Below are positions 48,852-59,104 of a stretch of 64,000 nt of DNA, piece after piece. A program made the translations under genes and the position numbers. How positions within the stretch are numbered: position 1 is the stretch's first letter; every line of letters begins with the position of its first letter. The notes beneath the pieces were generated by a model, which was given only the letters and a program-made list of their open reading frames with translations, was not told where the DNA came from and ran no database searches. Origin of the DNA: Gemmatimonadales bacterium (GTDB lineage Bacteria > Gemmatimonadota > Gemmatimonadetes > Gemmatimonadales > GWC2-71-9); assembly GCA_037189525.1 (NCBI GenBank), contig JBBCJC010000001.1, forward strand, positions 288,001 to 352,000, read 5' to 3'.

Positions 48852-51800
48852 CTAGTACTCCCGATCCCATTTGATGTCCGCACCGAACTGATAACGACTC
48901 GGCCGGATCAAGCTGGCCGCCACCTGACTCAGGCATGACTGCACGGGTTCCGCAGCCACCTGGATTTTGAGTGTCGGATGGAGTCGATATTCGAGGCTGG
49001 CGCCAAGATAGCGCCGGTTGAGTTCGACCTGGAGGCCCTCGACCACACATCCCCCCAGGCTCAGCGTGGCAAACAGACGCCGGGTCAGCTGCCGACCGAG
49101 CGAAAGCCGGGTCACGGAACCTCCCGTGGCCAGCGCCGTGTTGCCCTGGGCAAAGCCCGGACTGATTTCCACCAGATCGAAGGGAGAATCCTTGGAGGAG
49201 ATCAGGGAGCGCTCCAGCTCCGAGGTCAGCACCTTGCTGGCCAGCGCTGCAACGACTCGGCCCTGGTCCTCGAATGCGTTGCGCACTCCGCTCGAAACCG
49301 TGCCGAACACCAGCAGCGAAACCAGTTCGCGCTCGGGGAACTGCTGCCGGCCTGGTTCACTGGTCAGCTGAAGGTTGGGCGCCAGCAACGTTCCCGTAAT
49401 TCGCGCAATGATCGGATAGTCGGCGGTTCCGGTCGTCGTTCCTGACACCGTCCGCACCACATAGCGCGCGGTCAGATCGAGACTGGCGTTCATGTCCGGC
49501 GTGTTGAAGTATCGGACCGTACCCTGCTCGACCGTGAAGGTTCGGGCGACACCGAGGCCGGGTCGGAACGTGTAGGTTCCGCGCGGCACGGTCAGTTCAC
49601 CACTGACACGGAACTCGCTTCGCCCCGCCCGGCGCCGCTCTTTGTTGACCGAGACCTGGCCCTCGAGCTGCACGTTGGCTTCGCTCGAGCGGAGCCAGAC
49701 GTCCTGCGCCACCCGGACGCTCAGATCACGAATCGTCAGCGAGTCGAGGAACCGGCTCTGGAACTGCGCCCCCAACCCCTGGGCCCGAAGCGCGGTGGTG
49801 TCGACCAGATCGATATTGGCCGGATCTTCGAGGTTGATCACGTTCTTCGACAGCAGGTCGGCAAAGTAGACCACGCTGTTGGTCGCGCGGATGCTGCCGC
49901 TCAACACCGGCCGCACCAGCGGACCGTCGAGCGCGACATCTCCGGTCGCGCGGAAGGTGAGATACTCCGGTACATCGATCAGCAGGAAATCCCGGGCAGA
50001 CAACTCCAGACCCAGCACCGGCGTGGTGAGCCGTTCGAGCCGGACAGCCCCGCCGATTCGCGCCTCGCCGATATCGCTGCGGATCACGACCGAGTCCGCC
50101 ACGATCGAGTCGCCTGCCAGGCGAACCCGCCCGAACATCGGCCCGTAGCCGACGCCGAGCCCCGGAACGTAGAGGGCGGCATCGGCCACGGTGACCTGCC
50201 CGGCCAGCCGCGGTGCTTCCCACGAACCGCCGACCTGCGCATCGAGCGCCAGCGTACCGACCACACCTCGGAGATTGGGCGTCAGCGCCTCGATCACGGC
50301 GAGATCGACGCTGTCGGCCTGGCCGCGGATGACGAGTTCTCCCGGGATCTGCCGCCGGGCCACCTCGCCCACCGAGAGATCCAACGGCAGCCGCGCATCG
50401 ATGTCCAGAATCGGCCGGCCGGTGCGCCAGAAGCTCAGGTTGCTCTGGAGCAATCGGTCGTCGTAGTTGAAGACCGCCCGCACCAGCGGCGCCTTGACCT
50501 GCCCCACGACCGGCCCGGTCAGCGTCGCCGAGCCCCGGAAAGTCGGCAACGCCATGGTTCCCGCCACGCGAACGTCGACACCCAGCGAGCCGCCGATCCC
50601 CGCCGTGTCGCGCTGCGCCAGCGCATAGATGTCACGCAACGAAATCCCCGATGCCTGCAGATGGGCTCGGCCCTCGTTCCGTCCCGGCAGGACGCCTTCC
50701 AGGCGAATCGTACCCGAGCCGTCATCCGTCGCAATCAGCACGGTATCGGCCGCCGTTACGCTGTCGACCGTGAACATGGCCGGGCGCTGCAAACGCCACT
50801 GCCGACCCAACAGCCCCAGCGCCAGCGAATCCACCTGCAGCACCCGGATACTGTCCGCGCCGGCCCGCCACTGGCCCAGCGCAGCAAGCCGAGCGGCCGT
50901 TCCGCTCGCACCGCGAACATTCCAGTCGAACCGGGCCGGCGTTCCCAGCAACCCCGCCTCCAGATCGGCAAAGCGGAGTTTGCCGGACGCGAGCGTGTCG
51001 ACCGCCAGGGTGAGTCCCATCACCAGGCTGTCGGGCGCGACCCCGCTGGCCTGGATTTGAATCGTGCCGAGCCGAACCTGGTTGCGCAGCCACGCGGCGG
51101 AGTCGAGCCGAATGTCCGCGACCGCGTTCCATCGATCGAGCGACCCCTCCAGTGAGAAGGTGCCGCGGGCGCGCCCGCTCATCAGGTCTTCCTCGATCAG
51201 AGCGGCCCGGTCTAACCCCGCAAGCTCCGCAGCCAGGCTGTCGAAGGGCGCCAGGTTGAGCGCCGCCACTGTTCCCTTGAGGCTCCCCTGGTGCGGCTCG
51301 GCCCAGCCGAAGCTGCCGGCCAGGTAGGCGCCGCCGCCCGGCCAGATGATCCCGGCCGTATCGACCGTGATGAGGCTATCCCGAATGGCCAGGCGCGCCC
51401 AGGCCGAGTCGAACACGAAGCTGCGCACCGAGCTGCGCCGCAGGGCCAGGTCGACGACCGCGTCGGGCGCTACCGCCGAATCGATCACCCCGGTCAGCGT
51501 CGCCTGCCCGGCCAGGGAGGTCACCGGTCCGGTGGGCATCAGCATGGCCAGATTGGCGCGCTCGAAGGAGACCCGCAGACTGTCCGCCCCGAGACGCGGC
51601 GGCTCCAGGCTGGTCCGACCGATGAACCGATAGTTGCCGATCTGACCGGCCAGGCCGCCTTCGACCCAGAGCGCGTCCAGGTATCCCGACATCTTGAGGG
51701 TGCCCGCCACCATGCCCTGGAGCGTCAGCGTCGGGAAGCTGCCGCGAATTCCGTCGAACGCCAGCGTGTCGACCGTCAGGTCCGCATCGAGCCCCAGGGT

Positions 51801-53324
51801 CGCCGTCCGGGTATCCAGGCGGGCTCGGCCGCCGAGGACGCTACGCGGCTTGGTCCCGTCCTCGTGCTCGACCCGCCCCTGATAGGTCACGTTCTGCCAG
51901 GGACCGTCGAGACTGCCCGCCAAGCGCAACCGGCCGTCGAGCGCGACTGCCGGAGTAACCAGGCGGATGGTGCGCAAGTCGAGATCCGCATGGGGAATCC
52001 GGGTCTGGGCAAAGACCATACCCTCCGGGCCGCCTAACGCCAGGTCGCCCTCGATTGCCAGGCGGTTGTTCCCGCCGTCCGGCACCCGGGCGTCCTCGAA
52101 GAGCCAGTCGGCGCTGATGGTCATCGCGTCGAAGAAGCCGGTGACCTGGAGCGGACCGGTTATCCGCCCGACAAGCGGAAGGGTATCGAGAAACGGGCGG
52201 ACCATCTCCAGATCGAGCGACTGGAGATCGAGCGACAGGTCGCGGAAACCGAGCCCGCGGTAGACATCGACCAGCGCCACCATCCGGCCACGCACCCGGC
52301 TGCCGTCGCCCGCGACATCGAGATCGCGCACATCGTAGGCGGAGCGGCTCCCGGCCGGCGAACTCGCGATGACCTGTCCCCGTCCCTGCAGCGCGGGAAA
52401 GTTGGGCGAGATCCAGCGCAGGTCGACCAGATCGAGCGTCGGCGCATCGAGCCGGAAGTCGTACAGGATGGTATCGCGCGGCCAGTCGATCCTGCCGCCG
52501 CCCCGCACAATGGTGTTGGGCAGCGCGGCCCGCTCGACCTGGAAGAGCAAACTGTCTCCACCCTGCGTGAGAGTGGCCTGGAGGTCGCGCACCGCGATGG
52601 CCGGATCGCTGATCACCGTCGTCAGCGAATCGATCGCCATCGAGAACGGCGCGCCGTCGGGCGAGGAGATGGCCAGGCGCCGGAAGCGGGCGGTCAGCCG
52701 ATCCAAAGTGCGTTCGATCAGCAGCGCATCCTCGGGCCGCGCCGCCTGCTCGATCCGGCGGCCCGGCTTGGCCCGTTCCGCAGCAAGCGCTGAGTCTTTC
52801 TGGACCTGGGTGCGCAGCCGGCCATCGGGATTCCAAGGAAGCCGGATGGTGACATGGGCCCGGTCGAGCGCCAGATCCTCGACCAGTACCAGCGGCTTGG
52901 CCCGCTTGACGGTGTCGGTGGACGGAAGGCCCAGGCGGAAGATCTCTTCGTAGTTGAGCCGGCCGTTCCGATGCCGGACGATCTCGAGCCGGGCATCGCT
53001 GACCCGGGCATCCCGAAACACGAAGCGCCGGGCCAGAAAATCGCCGAAGCGGTATCCGACCTCGATGCGCGACGCATCCACCAGCAACTCGCCGGCCGTG
53101 TCACGGATCACGACGGAATCGAGCACCAGATCGCCCAGGAAGCTACCCTGAATCGCGCCGATCCGGATCGAGCCTTCGACCAGCCGAATCGATTCATCCG
53201 TCACCACCCGCGCCAGCAACGCTCGGCCCGGCGCCAGCGCCGTCAGCGCAGCAACCGTTCCGAACACCGCCGCCAGCACCGAGACGGCAAAGACGAAGAC
53301 GAATCGCGTCAGGCGGCGTAGCAT
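48852..53324 (-). CDS. tamB: Translocation/assembly module TamB
   Basis: 1490 aa, N-terminal anchor, beta-taco-like repeats, DUF490-like C-terminus; directly downstream of an Omp85 gene. Confidence 0.85.
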   Translation of the reverse strand: MLRRLTRFVFVFAVSVLAAVFGTVAALTALAPGRALLARVVTDESIRLVEGSIRIGAIQGSFLGDLVLDSVVIRDTAGELLVDASRIEVGYRFGDFLARRFVFRDARVSDARLEIVRHRNGRLNYEEIFRLGLPSTDTVKRAKPLVLVEDLALDRAHVTIRLPWNPDGRLRTQVQKDSALAAERAKPGRRIEQAARPEDALLIERTLDRLTARFRRLAISSPDGAPFSMAIDSLTTVISDPAIAVRDLQATLTQGGDSLLFQVERAALPNTIVRGGGRIDWPRDTILYDFRLDAPTLDLVDLRWISPNFPALQGRGQVIASSPAGSRSAYDVRDLDVAGDGSRVRGRMVALVDVYRGLGFRDLSLDLQSLDLEMVRPFLDTLPLVGRITGPLQVTGFFDAMTISADWLFEDARVPDGGNNRLAIEGDLALGGPEGMVFAQTRIPHADLDLRTIRLVTPAVALDGRLRLAGSLDGPWQNVTYQGRVEHEDGTKPRSVLGGRARLDTRTATLGLDADLTVDTLAFDGIRGSFPTLTLQGMVAGTLKMSGYLDALWVEGGLAGQIGNYRFIGRTSLEPPRLGADSLRVSFERANLAMLMPTGPVTSLAGQATLTGVIDSAVAPDAVVDLALRRSSVRSFVFDSAWARLAIRDSLITVDTAGIIWPGGGAYLAGSFGWAEPHQGSLKGTVAALNLAPFDSLAAELAGLDRAALIEEDLMSGRARGTFSLEGSLDRWNAVADIRLDSAAWLRNQVRLGTIQIQASGVAPDSLVMGLTLAVDTLASGKLRFADLEAGLLGTPARFDWNVRGASGTAARLAALGQWRAGADSIRVLQVDSLALGLLGRQWRLQRPAMFTVDSVTAADTVLIATDDGSGTIRLEGVLPGRNEGRAHLQASGISLRDIYALAQRDTAGIGGSLGVDVRVAGTMALPTFRGSATLTGPVVGQVKAPLVRAVFNYDDRLLQSNLSFWRTGRPILDIDARLPLDLSVGEVARRQIPGELVIRGQADSVDLAVIEALTPNLRGVVGTLALDAQVGGSWEAPRLAGQVTVADAALYVPGLGVGYGPMFGRVRLAGDSIVADSVVIRSDIGEARIGGAVRLERLTTPVLGLELSARDFLLIDVPEYLTFRATGDVALDGPLVRPVLSGSIRATNSVVYFADLLSKNVINLEDPANIDLVDTTALRAQGLGAQFQSRFLDSLTIRDLSVRVAQDVWLRSSEANVQLEGQVSVNKERRRAGRSEFRVSGELTVPRGTYTFRPGLGVARTFTVEQGTVRYFNTPDMNASLDLTARYVVRTVSGTTTGTADYPIIARITGTLLAPNLQLTSEPGRQQFPERELVSLLVFGTVSSGVRNAFEDQGRVVAALASKVLTSELERSLISSKDSPFDLVEISPGFAQGNTALATGGSVTRLSLGRQLTRRLFATLSLGGCVVEGLQVELNRRYLGASLEYRLHPTLKIQVAAEPVQSCLSQVAASLIRPSRYQFGADIKWDREY

Positions 53325-55498
53325 CAGAACGCCTGCCCGATCGAAACCTGGAGGTTGAACTTGCCGGTCCGCGGCTTCCGGTAGTCGCTCCGCACCAGCG
53401 TCAGTTCTTCATTCAGAACCGAGTAGAGTCCGCCCGCTGCGTAGGGTGAGTTGGTATAGGCAATGTCGGCTCGCATCGGGCCGAGCGGCGTCCCGAATCT
53501 GATCCCGACGCCCGGAGTGACCCGCAACGCCGCGCTCGACGCGAGCGACCCGCCCCGTTCCCAGACCGTGCCCGCATCGACGAACAGCGCCCACCGGAGC
53601 CGCCCGCCCAGGAGCGGCGACGGCAGCCGGAGTTCCAGGTTGCTGACCACGAGCGTGTTCCCGCCGATCGGCGCCACCTGCACCGAGTCGGCCTCGATCA
53701 CCTCGCCATCCTCGGTCAGGTTGCCGGCGGACGTGACGTACACCACCGGCCCCAGTTCGTTCCGATCGTAGCCGCGGACATCGTTGGCCCCGCCGGCGTA
53801 GAAGCGCTGATCGGGCGGAATGAAGCTGGCCTCGCCGGCGCCGAGCTGAAGCCGCGGCGATACCGCCGCTCCGGCCTTGATGTGCGCAGCCAGCACGACC
53901 TCGCGGCCAAGCGGGGTGTACCAGGAGGCCTCACCGACCAGCCGGGTAAATTCGGAAAACCGGCTCGAACCGATCAGCGGCGAACTGACCGTAGCTTCGA
54001 GGCTGTAAAAGGAACCTCGGGTCGGATCGAGCGCATTGTTGACCCGCTGCCGGCTGACCGTCCCGATCAGCGACGCGGAAAACCGGCGCTCCCTGAGCTG
54101 CGCAATGTCGTCCTGCCGGCAGGCCAGGAAGAAGGCGCAGAAGCTGACGGCCGTCGCCTGCGTGGAACCGTAGGCCAGCCGGTAGGTGAGCGAGAAGGGA
54201 ACCCCGCGATAACTTTCCCGGGTGAAGGTGACGCTGGTCCCCACTTCGTCCCGCAGATAGATCCGATACTCCGACCGCCGCTCACCGAACACGGTGCCGG
54301 TAATCGAATTCGAGGGCGACAGAAACGCGGGCCGCCGGATCGACGCCGAGAGCGCGTAGTTGACCTTGCTCGACCCGATGGTATCGGCTTCGAGGCCGTT
54401 GCAGATGGTCGACGCGAGCGGATCGAGCGCCACGCCCAGCTTCGACACCGATCCGTTGAAGTCGAGTTGTCGCCCGCGGCCGCCGACGTTGCGCGCGGTC
54501 CACCCCGCATTGGCCCGTAAGCAGTCGTTGGTGGCGATACCGAGTCCCGACCGGACCCGGAAGTGCGGACCCTCCTGGATCTGCACCAGAAGCGGCACCG
54601 CGGGGTCGCCCATGGTGAACCGGGTGGTGTCGACATCGACCGTCGCGAAACGGAAGAGACCCGATTGATAGAGGTTGAGCTGGCTGCGATAGATGTCGGT
54701 GTAGCGGAAGGTCCGACCCGGCCGCGCAGCAAGCAGCGACCGCACGAAGGAGGAATCGACCGACTCGGTGCCCTCGATCCGGATCGGGCCGATCACCGCG
54801 GGGGCTCCGGGATCGGCCACCAGCTCGATGTCGACGGTCCGCGCCTCCCGGTCGAGATCCCGCCTCCCCAGGAGCACTGACGCCGAGGGATAGCCACGAT
54901 CCCAGAGGCGGCTCTGGATCGTGTCCGCCGTGGCTTCGAGGCGGACATACCTGTCGTACGGCATTCCCACCTGCAACGGCAGATCACGCACGATACGCGG
55001 CCGGTCCGGGAGAGAATCGAGTCCCGCAATGGTGAGCGACCGGACCCGAACCGGCTCCCCTTCCGTGATGTGGAAGGTGATGTAGGCATCCGTTTCCGTG
55101 CGAACGATCGTGGTATCGATCTGCACATCCATGAAGCCGTTGAGCTGATAGAGGAGCCGCAGCCGCGCCAGATCGACGCGCAATTCCCGCTCATTGAGCC
55201 GGCGACGCTCGCCCAGACCGAGCCAGCTGATCCACGAATAGCGAACGAAGAAGCTCGAATTCGTCGTCGAAATCGCCGCGCCGAGCGTCACCGCATCGAG
55301 TGAACGATTGCCTTTGAAGTCGAGATGCCGAATCACGAGCCCCTGGTCCTGCGCATCGAGCTCAGCAACTGCAAATCCCAGCATCAGGACGAGCACGAGC
55401 CCCCGGCGGATCCGGCGCAATCCCGGAACTGCCAAAATCCGCAACACGGCGCCGCCCATCGCGGCCCGAAACCGGTTCCTCGCCAAGCATGACCGCAC
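53324..55498 (-). CDS. tamA: Omp85 family outer-membrane protein (TamA/BamA-like)
   Basis: POTRA-like segments, RFYAGGANDVRGY, ELRLP, FVDAGTVW, TPLGPMRAD, SIGQAF end; start uncertain. Confidence 0.8.
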   Translation of the reverse strand: MRSCLARNRFRAAMGGAVLRILAVPGLRRIRRGLVLVLMLGFAVAELDAQDQGLVIRHLDFKGNRSLDAVTLGAAISTTNSSFFVRYSWISWLGLGERRRLNERELRVDLARLRLLYQLNGFMDVQIDTTIVRTETDAYITFHITEGEPVRVRSLTIAGLDSLPDRPRIVRDLPLQVGMPYDRYVRLEATADTIQSRLWDRGYPSASVLLGRRDLDREARTVDIELVADPGAPAVIGPIRIEGTESVDSSFVRSLLAARPGRTFRYTDIYRSQLNLYQSGLFRFATVDVDTTRFTMGDPAVPLLVQIQEGPHFRVRSGLGIATNDCLRANAGWTARNVGGRGRQLDFNGSVSKLGVALDPLASTICNGLEADTIGSSKVNYALSASIRRPAFLSPSNSITGTVFGERRSEYRIYLRDEVGTSVTFTRESYRGVPFSLTYRLAYGSTQATAVSFCAFFLACRQDDIAQLRERRFSASLIGTVSRQRVNNALDPTRGSFYSLEATVSSPLIGSSRFSEFTRLVGEASWYTPLGREVVLAAHIKAGAAVSPRLQLGAGEASFIPPDQRFYAGGANDVRGYDRNELGPVVYVTSAGNLTEDGEVIEADSVQVAPIGGNTLVVSNLELRLPSPLLGGRLRWALFVDAGTVWERGGSLASSAALRVTPGVGIRFGTPLGPMRADIAYTNSPYAAGGLYSVLNEELTLVRSDYRKPRTGKFNLQVSIGQAF

Positions 55499-55619
55499 TC
55501 GCTAAATGTAGTCTCCTGTTGACGTTACGCCATCCTGTGCCGAAATTCCAACGATCCGATCCACCGGAATTCGGCCGTCTGACTTCCGCTCACGCCTCTC
55601 CAACCGACTGTCTAGCTCC

Positions 55620-57137
55620 ATGACACTTTCTTTCGCTTCGATCCGGACGGCGATCCTGGTCACGTTGCTGGTGCCTAGCCTGGCCAGCTCGCAGTCGTTG
55701 ACGAAGAGACTGAACGAACGCCTCACACGGGCGCCGTTCGACCGGCATCACTGGGGCGTCGCCGTCCTGGACGAGCAGGGCAAGCTGCTGTTCGGCCACA
55801 ACGCCGAGCGGCTGTTTACCCCGGCCAGCAATACCAAATTGATCGTGACCGCCACGGCGACCATGCTGCTGGGCCCCGACGCCACGGTGCGAACCCCGGT
55901 CTACCTGGACGGGCCGGTCAACCAGGGCACGCTCGAGGGGAACGTGATCCTCTACGGTAACGGCGACGCCACCTGGGCCAGCCGATGCTACGCAGTGGAC
56001 TCCCTGGCCGCCGGCGCCTGCACGACTGATCCGTTCGCCCCCCTCCGCCCGGTCGCCGGCGCCCTGAAGCGACTCGGCGTTCGCCAGATCACCGGGCAGG
56101 TGGTGGGCGACGGCAGCTTCTTCGAACCCGCGATCCATCACCCGACCTGGGAAATCGGCGATCTGGTCTGGGCCTATGGCGCTCCCGTCTCGGGGCTCGG
56201 CTTCAACGAGAACACCATCCAGGCCACCATCCGCCCCGGACCCACCCCCGGCGCTCTGGCTTCCATCAGCCTCTGGCCCGATCTCGGCGCGCTGGCGGTC
56301 GACAACCGTCTGGTCACCGTACCCGACTCGGAACGGAGCCGGATGGAGTGGACGCGTGGTCCCGACGGGGTCACCGCCGTGGTCACCGGCACCATCCGGG
56401 TGAGCGACCGCGAGCGCCGCAACACCCTCGCCGCGCCGGACCCGAACCGCTACGCCGCCCTCGCGCTGCACCAGGTCCTCGCCGACTCGGGGATCGTGGT
56501 ACTCGGCGGCGTCTCGAGCACCACCGATCCGCTTGCCACGCAGGCGGCCCGGCGCAGTCCGCCGGTTGCCGAGATCGTGTCGCGTCCGATTCGCGACTGG
56601 GTCTTTCCGGTGCTCAACGTCAGCCAGAACTGGGTCGCCGAGATGCTGCTCAAGCAGCTGGGCAAACGATTCGAATCCGAGGGATCGTGGGAGGCAGGAA
56701 TCAAGGTCGAACGACGGTTCCTGATCGATGTGGTCGGCGCCGACTCGACCCAGTTCTCCGTCCAGGACGGCTCCGGCCTGTCGGCCCAGAACAGCGTCTC
56801 GCCGCTGACCTTTGCGCGGCTCCTGGCGTTCATGCAGAAGCAGCCGCAGTACGCCGCCTTTGCCGCCGGGATGCCGCAGAGTGGCTCGGTAGGTTCGCTG
56901 CGTAACCGGTTCCTCACTACTCCGGTGGCGCAACGGGTCTGGGCCAAGACGGGCAGCATCGCCCAGGTCAACAGTCTCTCGGGGTACATCGGCGGGACGA
57001 CGCTCGGCGGGGCCCATTGCCGGATCTTCAGCGTCCAGGCCATGAACCACATTCTGGGCGGCCAGACCATGATTCGCGCCATCGACAGCGTCGTTACCGA
57101 CATCGGTGCGCAGAGCCGCTGCAGCGTCAAACGGTGA
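55620..57137 (+). CDS. dacB: D-Ala-D-Ala carboxypeptidase/endopeptidase (PBP4, S13)
   Basis: PASNTK, SQN, DGSGLS, AKTGS. Confidence 0.92.
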   Translation: MTLSFASIRTAILVTLLVPSLASSQSLTKRLNERLTRAPFDRHHWGVAVLDEQGKLLFGHNAERLFTPASNTKLIVTATATMLLGPDATVRTPVYLDGPVNQGTLEGNVILYGNGDATWASRCYAVDSLAAGACTTDPFAPLRPVAGALKRLGVRQITGQVVGDGSFFEPAIHHPTWEIGDLVWAYGAPVSGLGFNENTIQATIRPGPTPGALASISLWPDLGALAVDNRLVTVPDSERSRMEWTRGPDGVTAVVTGTIRVSDRERRNTLAAPDPNRYAALALHQVLADSGIVVLGGVSSTTDPLATQAARRSPPVAEIVSRPIRDWVFPVLNVSQNWVAEMLLKQLGKRFESEGSWEAGIKVERRFLIDVVGADSTQFSVQDGSGLSAQNSVSPLTFARLLAFMQKQPQYAAFAAGMPQSGSVGSLRNRFLTTPVAQRVWAKTGSIAQVNSLSGYIGGTTLGGAHCRIFSVQAMNHILGGQTMIRAIDSVVTDIGAQSRCSVKR

Positions 57138-57183
57138 CGGAGCGGACTATACTTCCCCCGTTCCACAGGAAGCGAGGGACGGC

Positions 57184-57726
57184 GTGAAGATCTATACTCG
57201 AACGGGCGACAAGGGGACCACCGGGCTCTTCGGCGGCGGGCGGGTTCCCAAGTCGCACCCGCGCGTGGCGGCCTACGGCGATGTCGACGAACTGAATTCC
57301 GTGCTCGGCGTGGTCCGCGCCACCGGCCCGGACCTGTTCGACCCGGAACTCGAACGCATCCAGCGCGATCTGTTCTCTATCGGAGGCCACCTGGCCACGC
57401 CCGAACCGGACAAGGTCAGAGCCGCGCTGGCCAAGGCAGACCTGGGTGAAGGGCGCATCGACGAACTCGAGCGGCTGATCGACTCGGCCGACGAACAACT
57501 CCCGCCGCTCCGGGCATTCGTCCTCCCGGGCGGAAGTCCCAAAGCCGCCCATCTCCACGTGGCGCGAACGGTCTGCCGCCGGGCCGAGCGCCATGTGGTC
57601 GCCCTGGCCGCCGAGGACGAGATTCCCGCCCTCTTCGTCAGCTATCTCAATCGCTTGAGCGATCTGCTGTTCACCTGGGCCAGGCTCGCCAACCACCACG
57701 AGGGACGCGGCGACATTACATGGTAG
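57184..57726 (+). CDS. pduO: Cob(I)alamin adenosyltransferase, PduO type
   Basis: KIYTRTGDKGTT, AYGDVDELNS, FVLPGG, RTVCRRAER, YLNRLSDLLF. Confidence 0.92.
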   Translation: MKIYTRTGDKGTTGLFGGGRVPKSHPRVAAYGDVDELNSVLGVVRATGPDLFDPELERIQRDLFSIGGHLATPEPDKVRAALAKADLGEGRIDELERLIDSADEQLPPLRAFVLPGGSPKAAHLHVARTVCRRAERHVVALAAEDEIPALFVSYLNRLSDLLFTWARLANHHEGRGDITW

Positions 57727-58814
57727 CCGGCACACGGATCGAGGTCCGCCACGCCACCGGACACTATCCGGTCATCATCCGGGCGGGCCTGCTGGACGAT
57801 CTAGCATTGATTGCCGAGGAGATCCTGCCGGGCCGGCGCCTGGTAGCGATTACCGACCGCAACGTGGCCCGCGCCGTCCCCCCGACCCTCAAGTGCCCGT
57901 TTCTGGTGGTGCCGCCGGGAGAAGGCTCCAAGACCCGGCGGCGCTGGGCCGATCTGACCGATCAGCTCCTCACGTTAGGCCTGACTCGGCACGGCGCGCT
58001 GGTGGCCGTCGGCGGGGGCGTCGTCGGTGACCTGACCGGGTTCATCGCGGCCACCTATCTCCGCGGCATTCCGTTCCTCCAGGTCCCCACCTCGCTGCTC
58101 GCCATGGTCGACGCATCGGTAGGCGGCAAAACCGGGGTCAACACGCGGCACGGCAAGAACCTGGTCGGCGCCTTCCATCCGCCGGCCGCCGTGATCGTCG
58201 ACCCGCTGGCGATCCGGTCGCTCCGAAGTGCGCACGTCCGGGGCGGCCTGATGGAAGCGGTCAAGCACGGCCTGGTGGCCGACGCCGCCTACTACGACTG
58301 GATTGCCGAGTCGACCCGGGCGCTCCTGGCGCGCGATGCCACCGCCGTGACCCGCCTGGTCGAAACCAGCGTCACCATCAAAGCCGACGTGGTGGGCGAC
58401 GACGAAAAGGAGGCCGGACGGCGCGCCATTCTCAACGCCGGGCACACCGTAGCCCACGCGTTGGAGCGCTGGTCGGGGTACCGTATTCCACATGGCGACG
58501 CCGTCGGCATCGGGCTCCATGTGGAAACCGTACTGGCCGAAGATCTGGGCCTGGCGCCGCAGGGTACCGCCGCGCTGCTCCAGCGGCGTCTCACTGCACT
58601 CGGCTTGACCCTGACGCTGCCGCCGGCGAGCGACGACGATGCGCTGCTCGAGGCGATGCACCATGACAAAAAGGTCCGGGACCACGCCATCCGCTTCGCG
58701 CTTCCGCGACAGCCCGGCGCCCTTGGTGCGCTCGCGGCGGACTGGACCACCGCCGTACCGGACGACATCGTTAGGCAATCGTTAGGCAGGGTCCGTTCGC
58801 TTTACGGCGCCTGA
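57720..58814 (+). CDS. aroB: 3-dehydroquinate synthase
   Basis: GGGVVGDLTGF, PTSLLAMVDASVGGKTG, KNLVGAF, LNAGHT, HGDAV. Confidence 0.95.
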   Translation: MVAGTRIEVRHATGHYPVIIRAGLLDDLALIAEEILPGRRLVAITDRNVARAVPPTLKCPFLVVPPGEGSKTRRRWADLTDQLLTLGLTRHGALVAVGGGVVGDLTGFIAATYLRGIPFLQVPTSLLAMVDASVGGKTGVNTRHGKNLVGAFHPPAAVIVDPLAIRSLRSAHVRGGLMEAVKHGLVADAAYYDWIAESTRALLARDATAVTRLVETSVTIKADVVGDDEKEAGRRAILNAGHTVAHALERWSGYRIPHGDAVGIGLHVETVLAEDLGLAPQGTAALLQRRLTALGLTLTLPPASDDDALLEAMHHDKKVRDHAIRFALPRQPGALGALAADWTTAVPDDIVRQSLGRVRSLYGA

Positions 58815-58816
58815 TC

Positions 58817-58903
58817 TTGTCCACAGCGCCGCCTCGGCATTATGGCGCAGCAAATCGTTGACAATCAATGAGTTATCTCACTTTTCCACGAGCATGTGGA
58901 TTA
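58817..58903. promoter_or_regulatory. DnaA-box-like sites and IHF consensus site
   Basis: TTGTCCACA (58817), AATCAATGAGTTA matching WATCAANNNNTTR (58863-58875), TTTTCCACG (58882), TGTGGATTA (58895). Confidence 0.5.
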
Positions 58904-59104
58904 CAGGATTTCGGCCCATGTTGACGAACATCGCAAGTCGTTGACTGCCTAACGAATCGCGATGTTGACGGCCTAACGCTATTGACGGTTCGCCCGGCCG
59001 ATCCCTAGATTGGATGCCGGTTTTCCTGAACCAAATCGCTGTTGTAACAACGCGCTCGCATTCCTGAGCCCCAAGGCACCCGACCGTCTCCCAGTCGAGG
59101 TTGT

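Noticed and set aside
58769..58978. GTTAGGC/GCCTAAC match integron core sites (GTTRRRY/RYYYAAC), suggesting attC
   Set aside because: The order is reversed for attC (core before inverse core on both strands), most copies lie inside housekeeping CDSs, there are no L boxes and there is no integrase in the window.
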